Shown here: positions 23,742 through 36,429 of the stretch, one piece after another | Layout of the letters: every line of letters begins with the position of its first letter | How positions within the stretch are numbered: the stretch's first letter is position 1 | Assembly (NCBI GenBank): GCA_013239625.1 | Contig: MU053574.1 | Span: forward strand, 433,844-497,843 | DNA from: Lama guanicoe | Lineage: Eukaryota | DNA: 64,000 nt | Reading direction: 5' to 3' | The notes under the pieces: model-generated | Told to the model about the DNA's origin: nothing | The model's input: the letters and a program-made list of their open reading frames with translations, nothing else | The model's database searches: none | Position numbers and translations under genes: made by a program

Positions 23742-26700
23742 TCAAGCCCGTGGGGACAAGGCAAGGCCGCTCAGAGCCGGAACCTCTGGGCCCCCAGACC
23801 GAGGAGGACAGACACCTCCGGGGAGAAGTAACCCAAAGCCGAGAGAACTCAATCCGCTTTCTCTCAGCCCGGCTCCTCCGATGTGCTGGTGCTCCCTGGA
23901 GGGATTAGCGGATCGACTGGGCAGACCTGCCAGGGGAGGGGAAGAGAGGGGACCCAGGGGCTCCAGCCAGGTGGGCTGCGAGGGTGTGTGCTCAGGGGTT
24001 CGGGACTGTGCTGCACATTTGTGCCCTGATTCTCTGGCTACATCTGGACCAGGAAGGGAGGAAGCTGAGGGCCGGAGTCTGGGGAGAGAAACCCGCATGG
24101 AGAGACAATCCTGTTTACGCTGGAGCGAAACGTGGTCCCAAAGAACAAATAATTGCATCCACATCCTGCCTGGCCCCTAGGTGGATGTGAATCTATAGTG
24201 ATAGTTCCCTAATTCTTAAACTACAATCAGCATGCTGTGCAGAAGGTGAGTCACTGGGGGCCCAGATCTGGGAACTCAAAACGCTTGGAAAAATAAGCAA
24301 GGAGTGTTCCCGGCAAATGAGCACACCACAGAGGTCGGCGTTTCCGTCAATGTGGTGCCCACTGTGGCTGCCATGCATTTCCGAACCTCGCTCGGGACAC
24401 CCCAGCAAGGTCTCCGCTCCTGAGTCCCAGGGAGAGGACCGGACAAGGCGGTTTCTTTTTCCCCCAACACTTTCCTTTGGGGTTGACTGCACCAAAAACG
24501 CACACTTGATCGAACAAACTCAATGCTCTCCCTCTTTCTCCCCCTGAAGTGATATAACCAGAGACCACCTTGTAAAATTGGCAGCTGGGGGCTGGGGCTT
24601 CCCCCCTCTTTTTCTCTATTTTCCTTTATGGTGAGTTTCATTGAGCATGGCGTTTGCAGTGACAGGGTTCAGCTGAATGTTAGTTGATTTCTCTCTGTAG
24701 GAAACAATAATCCGGTTAATTGAGCCACTAGGGAGCAAGACTTTTCAACCGGAAAGGCAGCACTTCGAGGCTGGGATGGCGCCGGACACCGAGTGCACCG
24801 AGGCGGGTGAGCTGGGTGAGCTGGGTGAGCCGGGAGAGTGCTCGCTGGTGAGAAACCGGGGCCAACACTTTCCTCCCACCTCCTCCAAGCCAGCGCATCC
24901 AGGTCCTCCCTGCCCTCCTGGGCTCGGGCCACATTGGAGCAGGGAGACAGGGATGTGCTGGGACAGGGCAGGGGGTGGGTGGGGGCGCTTGAGTTCTGTC
25001 TATGCAGATAGGCAGATAGAGTTTAAACAAGTTCCAGGAAGCAATTACTCAAACTGCAGGCTTGGTGTTGTGGAAACCCTACTTTCTGACCGAATTCCCC
25101 GGACTATTTCTGAAATAGTGGGGAGTGGGTCAGGGTTGAGTTTGTGGTGTTGGGAGGAAAGGGCTGCCTCCTGGGGCTTTTCTCTACTCTGTCTCCTGCG
25201 CAAACTGGAGCCTTCGGTTACACGCTCGGTGCTGCTCAGGCTTAACCCAGATCTCAGTGCCTCAGAGTTCCAGGCCCACCGACCTTGCAGAGCACCAGTT
25301 TCATTTCTCCAAAGATAGCGGCTCTAGCAGGCGAGGCTGCGTGGCACACCGCCTTAATTCAAAGCCCGGTTTCCACTTCCTTAAATGTTATGCTGCGGAG
25401 TCTTTGATTCCAGAAACCCGGGATGGGACTGACCTTTCTTCCATGAGCTCCTTGGGGGAAATGACTCTTAGCTTGTTAGGTACATAGGGGTTTAGATGCC
25501 CACCCCAATGTGTCTGTCTCTAGGCAAGGTTTCCTAACTCGGGCCCTGAAAAAGTCGCTTCCACCTTTGAGAAATGCTGCAGGTAGTCCCACTTCCTCTT
25601 CACCCTGGGCTTTGTTGGTGCAAAGGCAGCGGCGGTGCCTCGGGGTGAGGGAGACCTTCCACCCTCCTTGGCCCCAAACCTATTTAAGTGCTATGTGGCC
25701 AGCCGGCCTGCCTCACCTCCCCGATCAGATATCGTCAGGGACAAGAGAAGAAAACTGATATTCCAGTTACTGCAAACGAAAGCTCTCCTCAAAATCCTGC
25801 CTACCGGCAAAAAAAATAAAAGGAGACAAGAGCCCCGCTCTTTCACCGCCGCCGGCACCAGACGTTAGCACGCAGGGCTGGGGAGTCTCGCCGCTTACTC
25901 CAGCCATAGAACCGGGGTATTGTTGAGAATTGCACATAATAAAACGTGATGTTGTAAATATATATTTACATTGCCTCCCTTGTTCCCCTCCCCCAACCCT
26001 TCACACACACACCTGTCTTTCTCCCGGGCAAGTTTTCCGTGCCTCTCCAAATAGCCCCAGGGGGAGGAGCAAGGGTCGCTGGGCCACATGCCTCTGGACC
26101 TCCCTTCTGGCTGCTCCAGCCGGACCTGCCGCTTTCTAGGCACGACTGGCCCAGTGAGACTGATTCAGGCTCCGCTGTGGTGTGGGGAAGCGGAGGAAAG
26201 TGAGATGTGGAGTGGGCCCCAAGTGGATTTCGGTTTGAGGTCAGGGTGTTGTCCACAAACGAATTCTTGCTTAGGACGAGTGTTAAATGAGCCTTCCTAA
26301 ATTTTTGTGAAGACTTGTGCAATGCAAATATGGGCCAGGAGGTGCAGAGCCCCCAAGACAATAAAGAAGTTGCCTTTATAGGGAAGTTTTATCTTATCAC
26401 CAGTGTGCTGGGAATTCACTATAAGGCTGAAAGAACACTGAACAGCCTCTGCCAGTCCCTGGTTTTCTGCTGGTTGGGGACACAGGACTCTCTCCCTTGA
26501 AGTCCCGATGCTCCTTCCCTTCCTGTCTCCTGACTTTTTCCTAAGAAAGAACTTGGGGCCTCTGACCTGACCAAAGAGCTTAAGTCAAGGCAATGGCTGG
26601 GGGTGAGAAACAAAATTAGAGAACTCTTTCCTTCACCCGTCTTTTTTTCCCTTTCTTCCTTCTCCTCTCCGTCCTCCCCCCTTTCATCTTAATCCCAATT

Positions 26701-27535
26701 TCAGCTCCCTGGTTAAGATGGGATGAAAAGGGAATAATAACTACTAATGAACAGATTCACGGAGGTGGAAAGGCAGGGAAAGGGGCAGCAACCCCAGTAT
26801 AGGCTGGGTACTGGGGAATCGCTGGTACTGCACACACAGCCCCAAGTTGATTGCTTAATGCTTTTAAAGTCAAATCCAGTGAGAACAGTTGGGTAGGTAC
26901 AAGGGCCTCCCCTCTCCACTAGACCTCTGAACCTGTTCCTGGCCAGCCAGCCGCCTGGCTGCTGTTTCTACTTTAAAGTGAGCATTTCTTTTGCTTGATT
27001 CCCAGGGCCCAGATCACACCGAGCCCAGCGGGAGGGAAAGCTCAATTCCTCTTCCTGTCTGGAAATTCAAATTAAAGGGAGGAAAATTCTGACTGTTCTC
27101 AGGGCTCCAGATGAAATTTCCTGCTAGGTTTTCACTCTTATAAAAGGGTGTTCAAGCAGAACACTTTGGGTCTTCCCTTGCTTCTGTAAGGTCTTTTCCC
27201 AGAGAGCCACAGGCCTGATAGGAACTTGTTCCTGCCCACCGGCAGGCTGGACGATCCCAATCAAAGTTTGAAAAGTTTGCTTTGTGTATTTTAGCAAATC
27301 TCTCTTAGGGCTCACAGTATCCCGCTCCTCACTCTCTCCACTGGACTCTTTGTTGCTCAAAAGCATAACCACCGGGGCTGGCTGAAAGGCTCAGGCAAGA
27401 CCACCGGCTCAGCCTGGGCCCTGGGGGGAGCTCGGAGTGAACATGTATATGTCTTCATGTCTGTGCCCTCCAGTTTTAATACCAGTGTTCAGAAACATAG
27501 CATTCCCCCCAAGTTTTCACCTCCCGTTTTCTTAC

Positions 27536-28001
27536 CTTTATACTCAGAGTCCGATGAGGCGTTGCTGCCACTTTTGTCCAGCTTGTCTCTAAAGTCCTCC
27601 CCGGCCTTGGCCGCAAGACGGCCCCCAGGCTCGGGAGCGGCTGGCTGCCCGCTGCTAGAGTAGGGTGCACAGGCCGCGAGTGGTTTGCAGTCGGCAAGGA
27701 TGTCCCTGATCAGAAAGGAGGAGGTCACGGTACGAGACTGGGCTGGGGCTGAGAGCTGCCCAGGCTGCAGGTGGGAGTCCAAACCTGGGCCTGATGCCCC
27801 GCCAGGCCGCGGGGCACCCGTCTCCAAACAGTCTCTTCCTGGCGAGGCTGGTGAAGAGCAGTCGCTGCTGCTCTCCGAGCGTGGACTCAGCTCCAGGGGT
27901 GAGCGGCAGTCCCCGAGCAAGGGGTCCCCCTTGGGAAGGGCGGGGCTGCCCGCTCGGTGGGAGAGAATGGAGTCGATCCCAAAGCCATTGGAGCCTTCCA
28001 T
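27536..28001 (-). CDS. BARHL1: BarH-like homeobox 1, coding exon 1
   Basis: ATG at 28001. MEGSNGFGIDSILSH...SSFLIRDILAD...SDSEYK contains two FIL/eh1-like motifs. Donor g|gtaag; 466 nt. Confidence 0.97.
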
Positions 28002-28436
28002 AGCCAAGCTGCGACCTGTCCTCCCCAAAAGCTCCCCACCCACCCCCAACCCCAGCCGCCGCTGCCCCTGCCCCTAGCTGCGGGCTGGCATGGGGAAGGC
28101 GGGCAGGGAGCCTGCGGGCACCTTGGATGGAGTTCAGCCTTGGGGGAGCCCAGGAGCTCTGGGCCAACCGCCTCTGCGCATTAGATCCAAAAGGGCTCAG
28201 CGCGTCTTCTGCAGCATCGCGCCGAGCCTCCGAGCCGAGGGGGGGTGGTGGGAGTGTCAGGAAGAAACGGGAGGGAGGGTGCGCCAAGTTGGGGAGAGCA
28301 AAGGGGGAGACGGACGACCTGAGCTCCCCTTTGGCACAGAAGAGATGCGAGAATGTTGGAATCTAAATAAAGAAGGGCCTTTTAAAAATCCAAACCACAC
28401 GCTTCCTCCAGGCGAGCGGTGGCCGAGGGCAGTGGG

Positions 28437-28457
28437 GTCAGCACAGCGGATAGCAGC
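28437..28457 (+). promoter_or_regulatory. REST/NRSF RE1 site (weakest of three)
   Basis: GTCAGCACAGCGGATAGCAGC versus consensus NTCAGCACCNNGGACAGCGCC, canonical spacing. Confidence 0.6.
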
Positions 28458-28505
28458 GGGCCCAGACCGCGCTACCAGCCGGGGGAACGGAGCGCACCTG
28501 GCGGC

Positions 28506-28526
28506 GTCAGCACCGCGGAGAGCGGC
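28506..28526 (+). promoter_or_regulatory. REST/NRSF RE1 site
   Basis: GTCAGCACCGCGGAGAGCGGC. Confidence 0.78.
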
Positions 28527-28603
28527 GGTGGCGGCCCTCGGCGCATGACGCTCCACCTGGCCCAGGAGGTCCTCTTTCCGCGCTCCCAAGGCTCCGGGGG
28601 CCC

Positions 28604-28624
28604 GTCAGCACCGTGGACAGCGCC
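28604..28624 (+). promoter_or_regulatory. REST/NRSF RE1 site (consensus match)
   Basis: GTCAGCACCGTGGACAGCGCC. Confidence 0.88.
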
Positions 28625-31600
28625 TCCTGGCTCCGAGGTTGCCGCTCTCAGCCCGTCCTCCGCGCGCGCCTTCGCTTCCCCCCCTTTCTTTAAAAAATGA
28701 ACTTGTGTCACTTTTACTTTGGGGCTGGTTTTTTTTTTTGTTTCTTTTTTTTTTTCGTTGTGTTGTGTTTTTTTTTAAGGGGACTCGCCCACGTGTCCCC
28801 GGAGTGATGAAGCTGATTGGCTCTGACCGATTTTGGGGGTGATGTCACGGCTCCGCAAGCCGCTGCCCGATTCCTTTCAGTTTGATTAAAAGAGACACTG
28901 AATTAATTACAGCACAGACCCAACTGTTTACCGGTGATTTCCACACGGTTTGCTTTCATTAGGCTGGTGATGAGGCTCCTAATGAGGGTGATTAACCGAG
29001 GGGGGTACAGGCTGGCGGGGAGGGGTCCGGAGCCCGGCTGCCGCTGCCGTTGGGTTGGGATGTGAGGTTTTTTAAGTTTTCCCCTACACTTTCCCACAGT
29101 TATTCAAATTATTCGTCCGCTGGGCTGTCATAGATCCCTTTTCTTCCCCCTCCCCGCCTCCCCCGCCCCACCCAGTCGTTTTTTTTTTTCTTCCTCCAGC
29201 AACAGAAAGGGACTAAACCCAGCAGAAAATAACTGTTTGTGTGCAGAGGAGATTTTAATTTGTTACATTTTTTTCAGGCATTCTCTTTGGGTTCTAGATG
29301 TTTTTCGTGTAGGAAAATTTGCAGCCCTCTCTTCTGACCTCTTTGGACCCTGCGGGCCTGGCAGAGATGGGAAAGCCTGGTGTCTGCACCTAGAAGGAGC
29401 CAGAACCACGGCTTCACTGTGGGGCGAGGGTGGAGAATCTGGGAGGATCGTGTCTGGGACGTTAGGGGGACCCTGAGAAAGCCGTGTGGCCCGACTGAGG
29501 CAGCGCAACAGACCCCAGCGCAGCTGACAGCCTCTCCTGTGGCGCGGATCCCGGGAGTCGGGTGTTTTTTGTACCTCTGAACAGAAACGCGCAAGAGCTT
29601 CCGAGTGCGAGTATAGACTTCTGCAAACGGCTTCTCATTTCGCACGGAGCCGGAGCTCGCTTGAGGATTTATTTTCAAAGCAGCGCTGGATACATGGTCT
29701 TTTCACTGTGAATAACTCGCCCCTCACCCCAACTCCCTGACTCAGCTCCGGTGCTCTAGCTCCGCACGTTTCAGGGCTCGGTCTCCGGTGCCGGGGCCCA
29801 GGGAGGCGGGCAGGTCTGAAGCGCGTTGGGGGCCTGGATCCATTCCGCCTGGACGCCAGGGATCGCGATCCGGGTCTGCGGTCAAAGGGCGGAGGGAGCC
29901 GAGCCTACGCACTTCCATCCGTATCCCGAGGGCCCAAGACGTTCTTTGCTCGCCCCGCTCCGGGAGCCCCGGCCTTCCCTGGCGGCCCGCGCGCTCCTGG
30001 CCCCCTCCCCATGGGCCCCCAGAAAACTACCCGGGGCCTGATGGGGTTCAGTGTCTGAGACCGCAGCAGATTAGTGAGGCACCCGAATACCCCCAAAGCC
30101 GAGCCGCGGCCCAGGGAAGCCCGGCAACCCGGTTGGAGCAGAAACTTTCTTCTCCCTCTGACGAGGCCGGCGGTGGCCTCTCGCCCGGCTCCCCGCGCTC
30201 TCCCCCCTGCGCCCGCCGGCAGATTGGAAGCGGCCCTGCCGCCGGCCGGACTGGGGGCGAGGACGGGCGGCTCCCCGGGGACGGCGAGCCCGGCTCGGCT
30301 GCAAGCTGTCGGGTCAGGGAGGCGGGAGGGCGGGCGCCGAGGGGCCGCGAGCCGACAGGCCCCTGCCCCAGCCCGGCGGCCGCTGCAGTGGGCGCCTCCC
30401 GTGGCGGGGCGAGCTAGCCGGTCGTTCATTTTCATTTGGTAGATGGAGAGGGGAGCATAAATCACGAGGAGCCTGCGCTGCCTGGCTCTTCCTGGCCAGC
30501 CGTCAACTGGCCTGCTCTGGGCGCCTCTGGAGACCCCGCTCCCCTCTCCATTCTCCCGCTTCACCCCTGCGCCGGGCCTGCGTCTGCATCACTGGAAGAA
30601 CCTCATCTCCCCCTGACCCCAAGGTCCCAGTGTGGGTCAAAGGGACCAGTCGTCCTGGTTTTGTTAGAGATCGTAACGCCCCAGGGCCAGGATCCGCGGA
30701 CTCCGCGAAGCAGCAGGCAAGTCCGATCCCGCGCTGCCCGCGGGCGGGCCGAGCCGCCCCGCCCCTGCCCCGGGCGGAACTGCATCCAGCGGCGCAAGGA
30801 CTTTTTCTGGCCTCGGGTCTTAGGCTGGGGTTTGTTTTGGATCCTGCGCCCCGCGAAAGTGATGCCTCCGGTGGTGCTGGGTACTCCCGGGTATCAGAGC
30901 TGAAGCGTAAGGCTGGTGGGGAGTAGGGGCGAGGGAGCCAACCTCTTAGGTGGAAAAGAGCAGCAAGGACGCCAGCTTCCTGCAGCTCTAGCCCGCGTCC
31001 CCGGCCTGCTCGGAGCCCCAGAATCTTTAACAGGTTGTTAGTATACTGTCATTAGTACTGAATTACCACAGGCTATTGTGATATAAAGCATTCTGTGCCA
31101 TTTATTCCATTTGGGAATTTCCTCTGGGATTCAGCCCTCTCTCACTAACATTGTTTTATTCCTATTCGAGGGCTTCCACCTCCACTGCTGTGCCTCCTCC
31201 TTTCTCTTTTCTCCATCACCCCGGGAGGTTCTTTCATCCCAGCCTGTCCGCAGTCTGAGAGATAGGTGTGTACTCACCTGGGCTCTTGTTTAACTGGGAA
31301 GAAGCCCAGGAATTGGCATATTACTAAGCATCCAGGGGATCCTGAGTGGGTGACCCACTCCTTCCTTTGAGAAAGGAGCCTGGTTGGTCCTGGAGGGGCA
31401 GAAGGTCCAGCAAAGCTGGGCGTGAACCATGACAGGTTACTAATCTTCTGAGAGCTCCGCTGACACAGCAGGAGGCAGGCCTCTTCCCCCCTGTCCCGCT
31501 GGGCTCCAGCCCCCTACCTCAGCTGCCTTGGGCCCTTCCCTGGGAGGGGAGAGGCTTGGAGAACTCAGGGGAGAGAAAGGGAGTGAGAGGTCATGTCCAG

Positions 31601-32296
31601 AACCAGGCTCCCAATCACCCAGTCTTCACCAGGGGCCCAGAACGGCCACGCCAGCACCCAGACCCCTGTCTGGGCTCCCTTTTCAGGACTCCAACACCTC
31701 CCCAGCCTCTCACTTCCTCTAGGATCCTTTAGCTTCAGATTCCAGCCCCTGCCCATTCAGTCCTTTGAAATTGCTTTCTTTTAAACCATCAGTCTCTGGA
31801 TGGACCCAGAGCCCCAGAAGGGCCCCAACCAAGCACTCACAGAACGACACAAACAGAGAAGGAGAATGAGCCACTGCTGTTTTCCAGGGAAGGCGGACAG
31901 CTGCACGAACTAGCCTGCAGAAGGCCTGGGCTCTGGCCTTGCTCCTGCTCTGGACAGCTCATCTCTCTTGCCTAGACCTCAGCTTTCCCTTTGCTACAAA
32001 GACATTAACATCAGAGGTTTATAGTGAGATGCAAGGGTGGGAGAGGCCCATGGCTGACCTATAGAACCCACGTCCTTCTGCTCCACCTAGGGCACTTGGC
32101 TTGGGTTTGGCTTTGGGTCAGGAACAGGCCTGGGCCTCTGGCTGAGCTGTGGTTCTTACCAGCTTCCTCCCCACCCCAGCCCCACCTCCCTTTCCACTGA
32201 ATGCCACTCAACCACCTCTCCCCCCAGGCCTGAGTGTGGAAAAGGCCTTGTTATGCTCGCCTGGCTCAAAGTCACATGGGGAGATGTGCTCAAAGC

Positions 32297-32434
32297 TTTT
32301 TTTTTAATTAATTTTTTGGAGGAGAAGGTAATTAGGTTTGTTTGTTTATTTATTTTAATGGAGGTACTGGGGATTGAACCCAGGACTTCATGCCTGCTAA
32401 GCATACACTCTACCACTAAGCTATACCCTCTCCT
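32297..32434 (-). mobile_element. tRNA-derived SINE (camelid vic-1-like)
   Basis: Minus strand reads GGGTATAGCTTAGTGGTAGAGTG...GTCCTGGGTTCAATCCCCAGTACCTCC plus an A-rich tail. It has Pol III A and B boxes, with CTCAAAG-T-run duplicated on both flanks. Confidence 0.85.
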
Positions 32435-35400
32435 CTCAAAGTTTTTTGAGAATGGTCTTGAGGTCTTCTGGGTAGCTGGGGCCAGGGGCAGTATAACACA
32501 GAGGGAGTGGCATGGTTGAGGTCATGGAATCCAGAATCAGCCAGACTTGAAGTAGAACCCTGGCTCTAGAATCCAGGGCTGGGGCCAAGGTGAGGCAAGG
32601 GAGATGAATCATGCAAGTCTTTCTGGAAACTGTTGCTAGTTTGTGCATCAGGGATTTTAAAATTTTGATTGAAAAATATTGCATGAAAAGATGATTTGTC
32701 TTGGTTACTGAGTTTGGGGTAAAGTCAAATGGTTTGTACCCATGGCCAGGGCCTTACCTGTCTCACCATTACCCCAGCCCTGCTCTGTGACCTTGAGCAG
32801 ACATTTCCTGGGCTGGGCATTTCCCAGGTGTAAGGTGCAGAAGATACTGCCCACTTCAGTGGTCGTAGTGAGGGCTCTGCCCTTGGCTCAGGAGAAGAGC
32901 AATTATGCACGTCACAGCAGGGCCACTGAGACTAGCAGGCAGAGCTTTTCCTGTGGCAGGTTAGGGCCCCTGCTGGGGAAGTCAGCCCCCTACCCCGTCC
33001 TTTGCCCTGGGCCTTCCTGCCAAAACCAGCCTTTAACATGGAGGGGACAAGGGATTTGAATGACATGGGCCAGGCTAAGGTGCTAATAATCTCTCTGCTC
33101 TGTAAATAAATGGGTTGGACAAGGATTTGGACAATTTGTGGGCTTCAGGGTCGTGCTGTTCTCAATCATTTTTGTTGGTTTAGTTCAAAATCCCATGGAG
33201 CTTCAGAAATCAGAAAGAGTGTGGATTATTTCTTCTCTTCTGCCCTCCCTCCCTGCATTCTCCCTGCCTCTCTTCTCTCTTCCTCTTTCCCTCTCTCGTT
33301 GCCTTCTAGATGCTGGCAATGTCATGGGGACTATGACAGGGGATGGACCCGCCCTCACAGATTTCACAGAGCTCAGTGGCACCCATCGACCTAATTTCCC
33401 CTTCACAGACTATTTCCTGTTTGTGGATTCAAGTTTATCATTTGGCTACATTCAGTTCTAGGAACCTGTATAAAAAGCCAACCTACTTTTTTTTTTATTC
33501 CTTCTAATGATGATTTCAAGCATCAAAGGGTTGCCCAAGTGAAAAGAAATACAGCAGAAAGACAGTTCTGGTCCATCAGGATAAATGCAAAGGAAGGTGC
33601 TTGATTGGAAACACATACCTGTGTGGCTGCCAGGCCCACGTTGGCACCTGAGCTGCTGGACTGCTTGCTGTCACCCACGTGTGCTCTCCCTGGACCCTAA
33701 ATCTGTGGTTCGAAACCCACTGGGGAGCTTGGATGAGTGAACCAAAAAGACACGCGATCTCTAACTGGGTCCAGGGAACTCTTGGGACTGGATTTGGATG
33801 TGTGGCTACGAGCAGTGCTTTCTCTTCAGGCTTCTAGAAGCCCCCTGCCAGGCAGATAGCAGACACTGAGTGCCACTGGCTCATTGCTACCTTCCCTGAT
33901 AAAAATCCTGCCCAACGTCAGACTCCAGAAGCCCCACTTCTTTCTTCTGGCTGAGAAAATTGTTCATTATCTGGGTATATCAGAGTAGGGGGGCGGTGGC
34001 AGCAATGAGAGAACCAATGAGGTTTGGACTCTCATTTAAAAATCTGGAAATAGACTGAAGTCAGTAGGGGTTCAGCATGAAAAGAAAGCTGGATGGACCT
34101 GCCAGCCAAGAGGTCTGCTCCAGCCCTAGTTTGGCTGCTAAGTGAATGCAGCCCTCTGTCTTCTCTGGCAGGACTGGATGTGTCCTCAAGCCCCTCCCAG
34201 CTTTGTGAGTCCTGGCGCAACACCCCAGGCCCGTGCTTGCTCCCTGGCTCCTGCCAAGTGCACATCCACACGGGCACTGCCTTCCTCTCACCTCGAGGGG
34301 ACTTCTGAGAACTTCAAGCTGGCAGGGGGAGGGTCCAGACTGGCCGCCTCCCTGTGGCTCGTGAGGGTAGTACGCGTGGGCCTCTTTGTTTGGTTAAATC
34401 TCTGACGAAGGTGTTGCCAAGAAACCCGAACAGGAGGTAGAATGTTCCCAATGCCAACCAGCAGGGAAATATGCAAAAACAGGGGCTCAAGGCCATATCT
34501 CAGGTGACAGCCATGCTCACTCATGTGGCATTTATTGGCACGTGATTATGACAACTTGGGATGGGAAGCTGAGCTCTGTTTCTGCCCATCTTTAGCGGAG
34601 AAGCAGTTTTGGAGGGCAGGCTCTGGAACACGTAGTGGAGGGGTCACTGGCTTGGGCTGGCTCATTGAGTGGACTCAGGCCATCTCTTTTCCATCTGTGA
34701 GGTGGGGAGGATGGTGATGGAGGGGGTAGTCAGCAGATGATCCCCAAGACCCCTGCAGGCTGGAAGCTTCTGGGACTCTACCCTGGGTCACGAAGGATAG
34801 TCAGGGACCCCAGCTGTGCCGGGAGGCCCTCCTGCCCCCGCCCTGGCCAGAGTCAGCGTGAGTGAGGACGGGTGTTTGGCCGATGCGAAAGGACACCCGA
34901 GAAGGCAGAATCGGCCGGAATCAGACCTAGGGCTTTGTGCAGGCACAAATAATTAATGAGGAGGGAAGGACCAAGCTCAGGGAGGGAAGGAGACAGAGAG
35001 GGAAGGGCCAGGCACCTTCTTGGGCCTCCTATTCTGACTCGCCAGAGGGTGGCGCTGTAGGACAAGGAGCTGAGGGACTCTGCAGCAAGCTGCTCGAGCT
35101 GGCCCCGGAGCACGGGGAGAGGCTGGGGGACTCCAGGAGAGGATGGAGGGTGTGCTCCCAGGGCATCTGTCACAGCCCCCGCTGGTCCCACAGCACATGG
35201 CCTGCCCGCTGCAGAGGAAGGAAGTAATTGGACAGACAAAGTGATTTCCTGTAGCGTCTTCTGTCCAGGTCCATACTTTCCCCCTTGGCCCGGTCCTTGG
35301 AAAAGCAGGCCTGGTGGGGCCACTGACCGGTGGGCATCTTGCTCGTTGCTACTGAAGAGTCTCCAGCTTTTTGGTGGATGGAGCCTAATTTTGGGTCCTT

Positions 35401-36081
35401 CAGGAAATTCTGTGTCCTGATGTGTACCCTCCTTTCCAGAGGGGATTTCAGAGCAAAAGAGTGGGTTCAATTCACAATATCTTACCTTACATATAATAAT
35501 AAAATGCCTTCTCTCTGTATATAATGTACTATCTTCTTGATGAATCTGGACGCAAAGGCTTTTGTTCCTTTGAACATCCTGCCCTTGCCCCTCAGTCATT
35601 CACAGAGCTCTGGTTGTCCCTTTTCCATGTGCTTTATTAATAAGAAGAAAAGAATAATTCCCGTGTATCTATTGCTTAAAAGTGCCGAATTCTGTGCTAA
35701 TCACATTAAACACATTCTTCAATGTACTCATGATTTCACTTAGCTCGAGGAAACATCCTGCAGCGTGTCAGAGTCCAGTCTCACAGGTGAGGCACAGAGA
35801 GGTTAGGACACTTACTTGGGGTCACACATGGTGGAGCTGGGCTTCGTGCCCTTGACCACAGAATGGTGACCAGCTCAGTGGCCAGGCCCCTGGGGCTTGA
35901 CCTGCTTCCTCAGCAGGGTCGCGGCTCCCAGGGGTCAGAAGGCTGCGGGGTGGCTGCAGCAAAGTTGACTGGAGGTGCTGGTCCCTCTGGTTTGTGGGCT
36001 GGGAGGGGGACTTCAGGTCCTTGGAGTGGGGTGGGGCCCATCAAGGCCCCCGCTGAGCCGGATTCCCGAGGGAGTTTGTTA

Positions 36082-36106
36082 GTGTGTGTGTGTGTGTGTG
36101 TGTGTG
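36082..36106. repeat. (GT)n microsatellite
   Basis: About 12 units. Confidence 0.9.
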
Positions 36107-36429
36107 GTATTTTGGCGGAATTAGCTTCCAGTGAGCTGCAACGTGTGCACACCGTGGGGGTGGGAAGGCAGCTCAGGATGCTCACCCAGACCTGCGATCA
36201 GCAGACTGCGTCTCCCTGCCCAGGCTGCCGGCTGATCCCTGCCAGGCCCTCAGCCTGTAGGGGCAGGAGCCAAGCAGATGTTCACGCAGTGGGCCATTCT
36301 GCAACCCCTCACATCTGGGCCCTGGGATCTTAGGCCCCTGATCCTGGGCCCCTCCCCTTCTAGAGGAGAAGACACGCAGTCCGTGAGGGCCCGGTGCTTT
36401 GCAGAGAATAAAACAGGTTGATGTGGATT

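Larger units (their letters stand above)
28340..29130 (-). promoter_or_regulatory. BARHL1 promoter and upstream region
   Basis: AT-rich TATA-like stretch near 28363-28390, CCAAT box (ATTGG at 28816-28820), CRE-like TGACATCA near 28840 and several TAAT/ATTA motifs at 28880-29000. Confidence 0.6.
27550..30950. promoter_or_regulatory. CpG island(s) spanning BARHL1 exon 1 and upstream
   Basis: Visibly high GC and dense CpG; boundaries estimated by eye. Confidence 0.8.

Noticed and set aside
28002..28049. N-terminal extension of BARHL1 in the ORF track (MGVGGELL...)
   Set aside because: Begins at a non-ATG codon; the recognised protein starts at MEGSNG (28001).
29788..30903. ORFs of 155-219 aa upstream of BARHL1
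   Set aside because: Same GC-rich artefact; no homology or exon structure evident.
32360..32430. tRNA-like sequences (also near 45760, 46200 and 56780)
   Set aside because: They have A-rich tails and, in some copies, target duplications, so they are SINEs rather than tRNA genes.
34853..35599. 248-aa minus-strand ORF
   Set aside because: No domain or splice support; probably chance.
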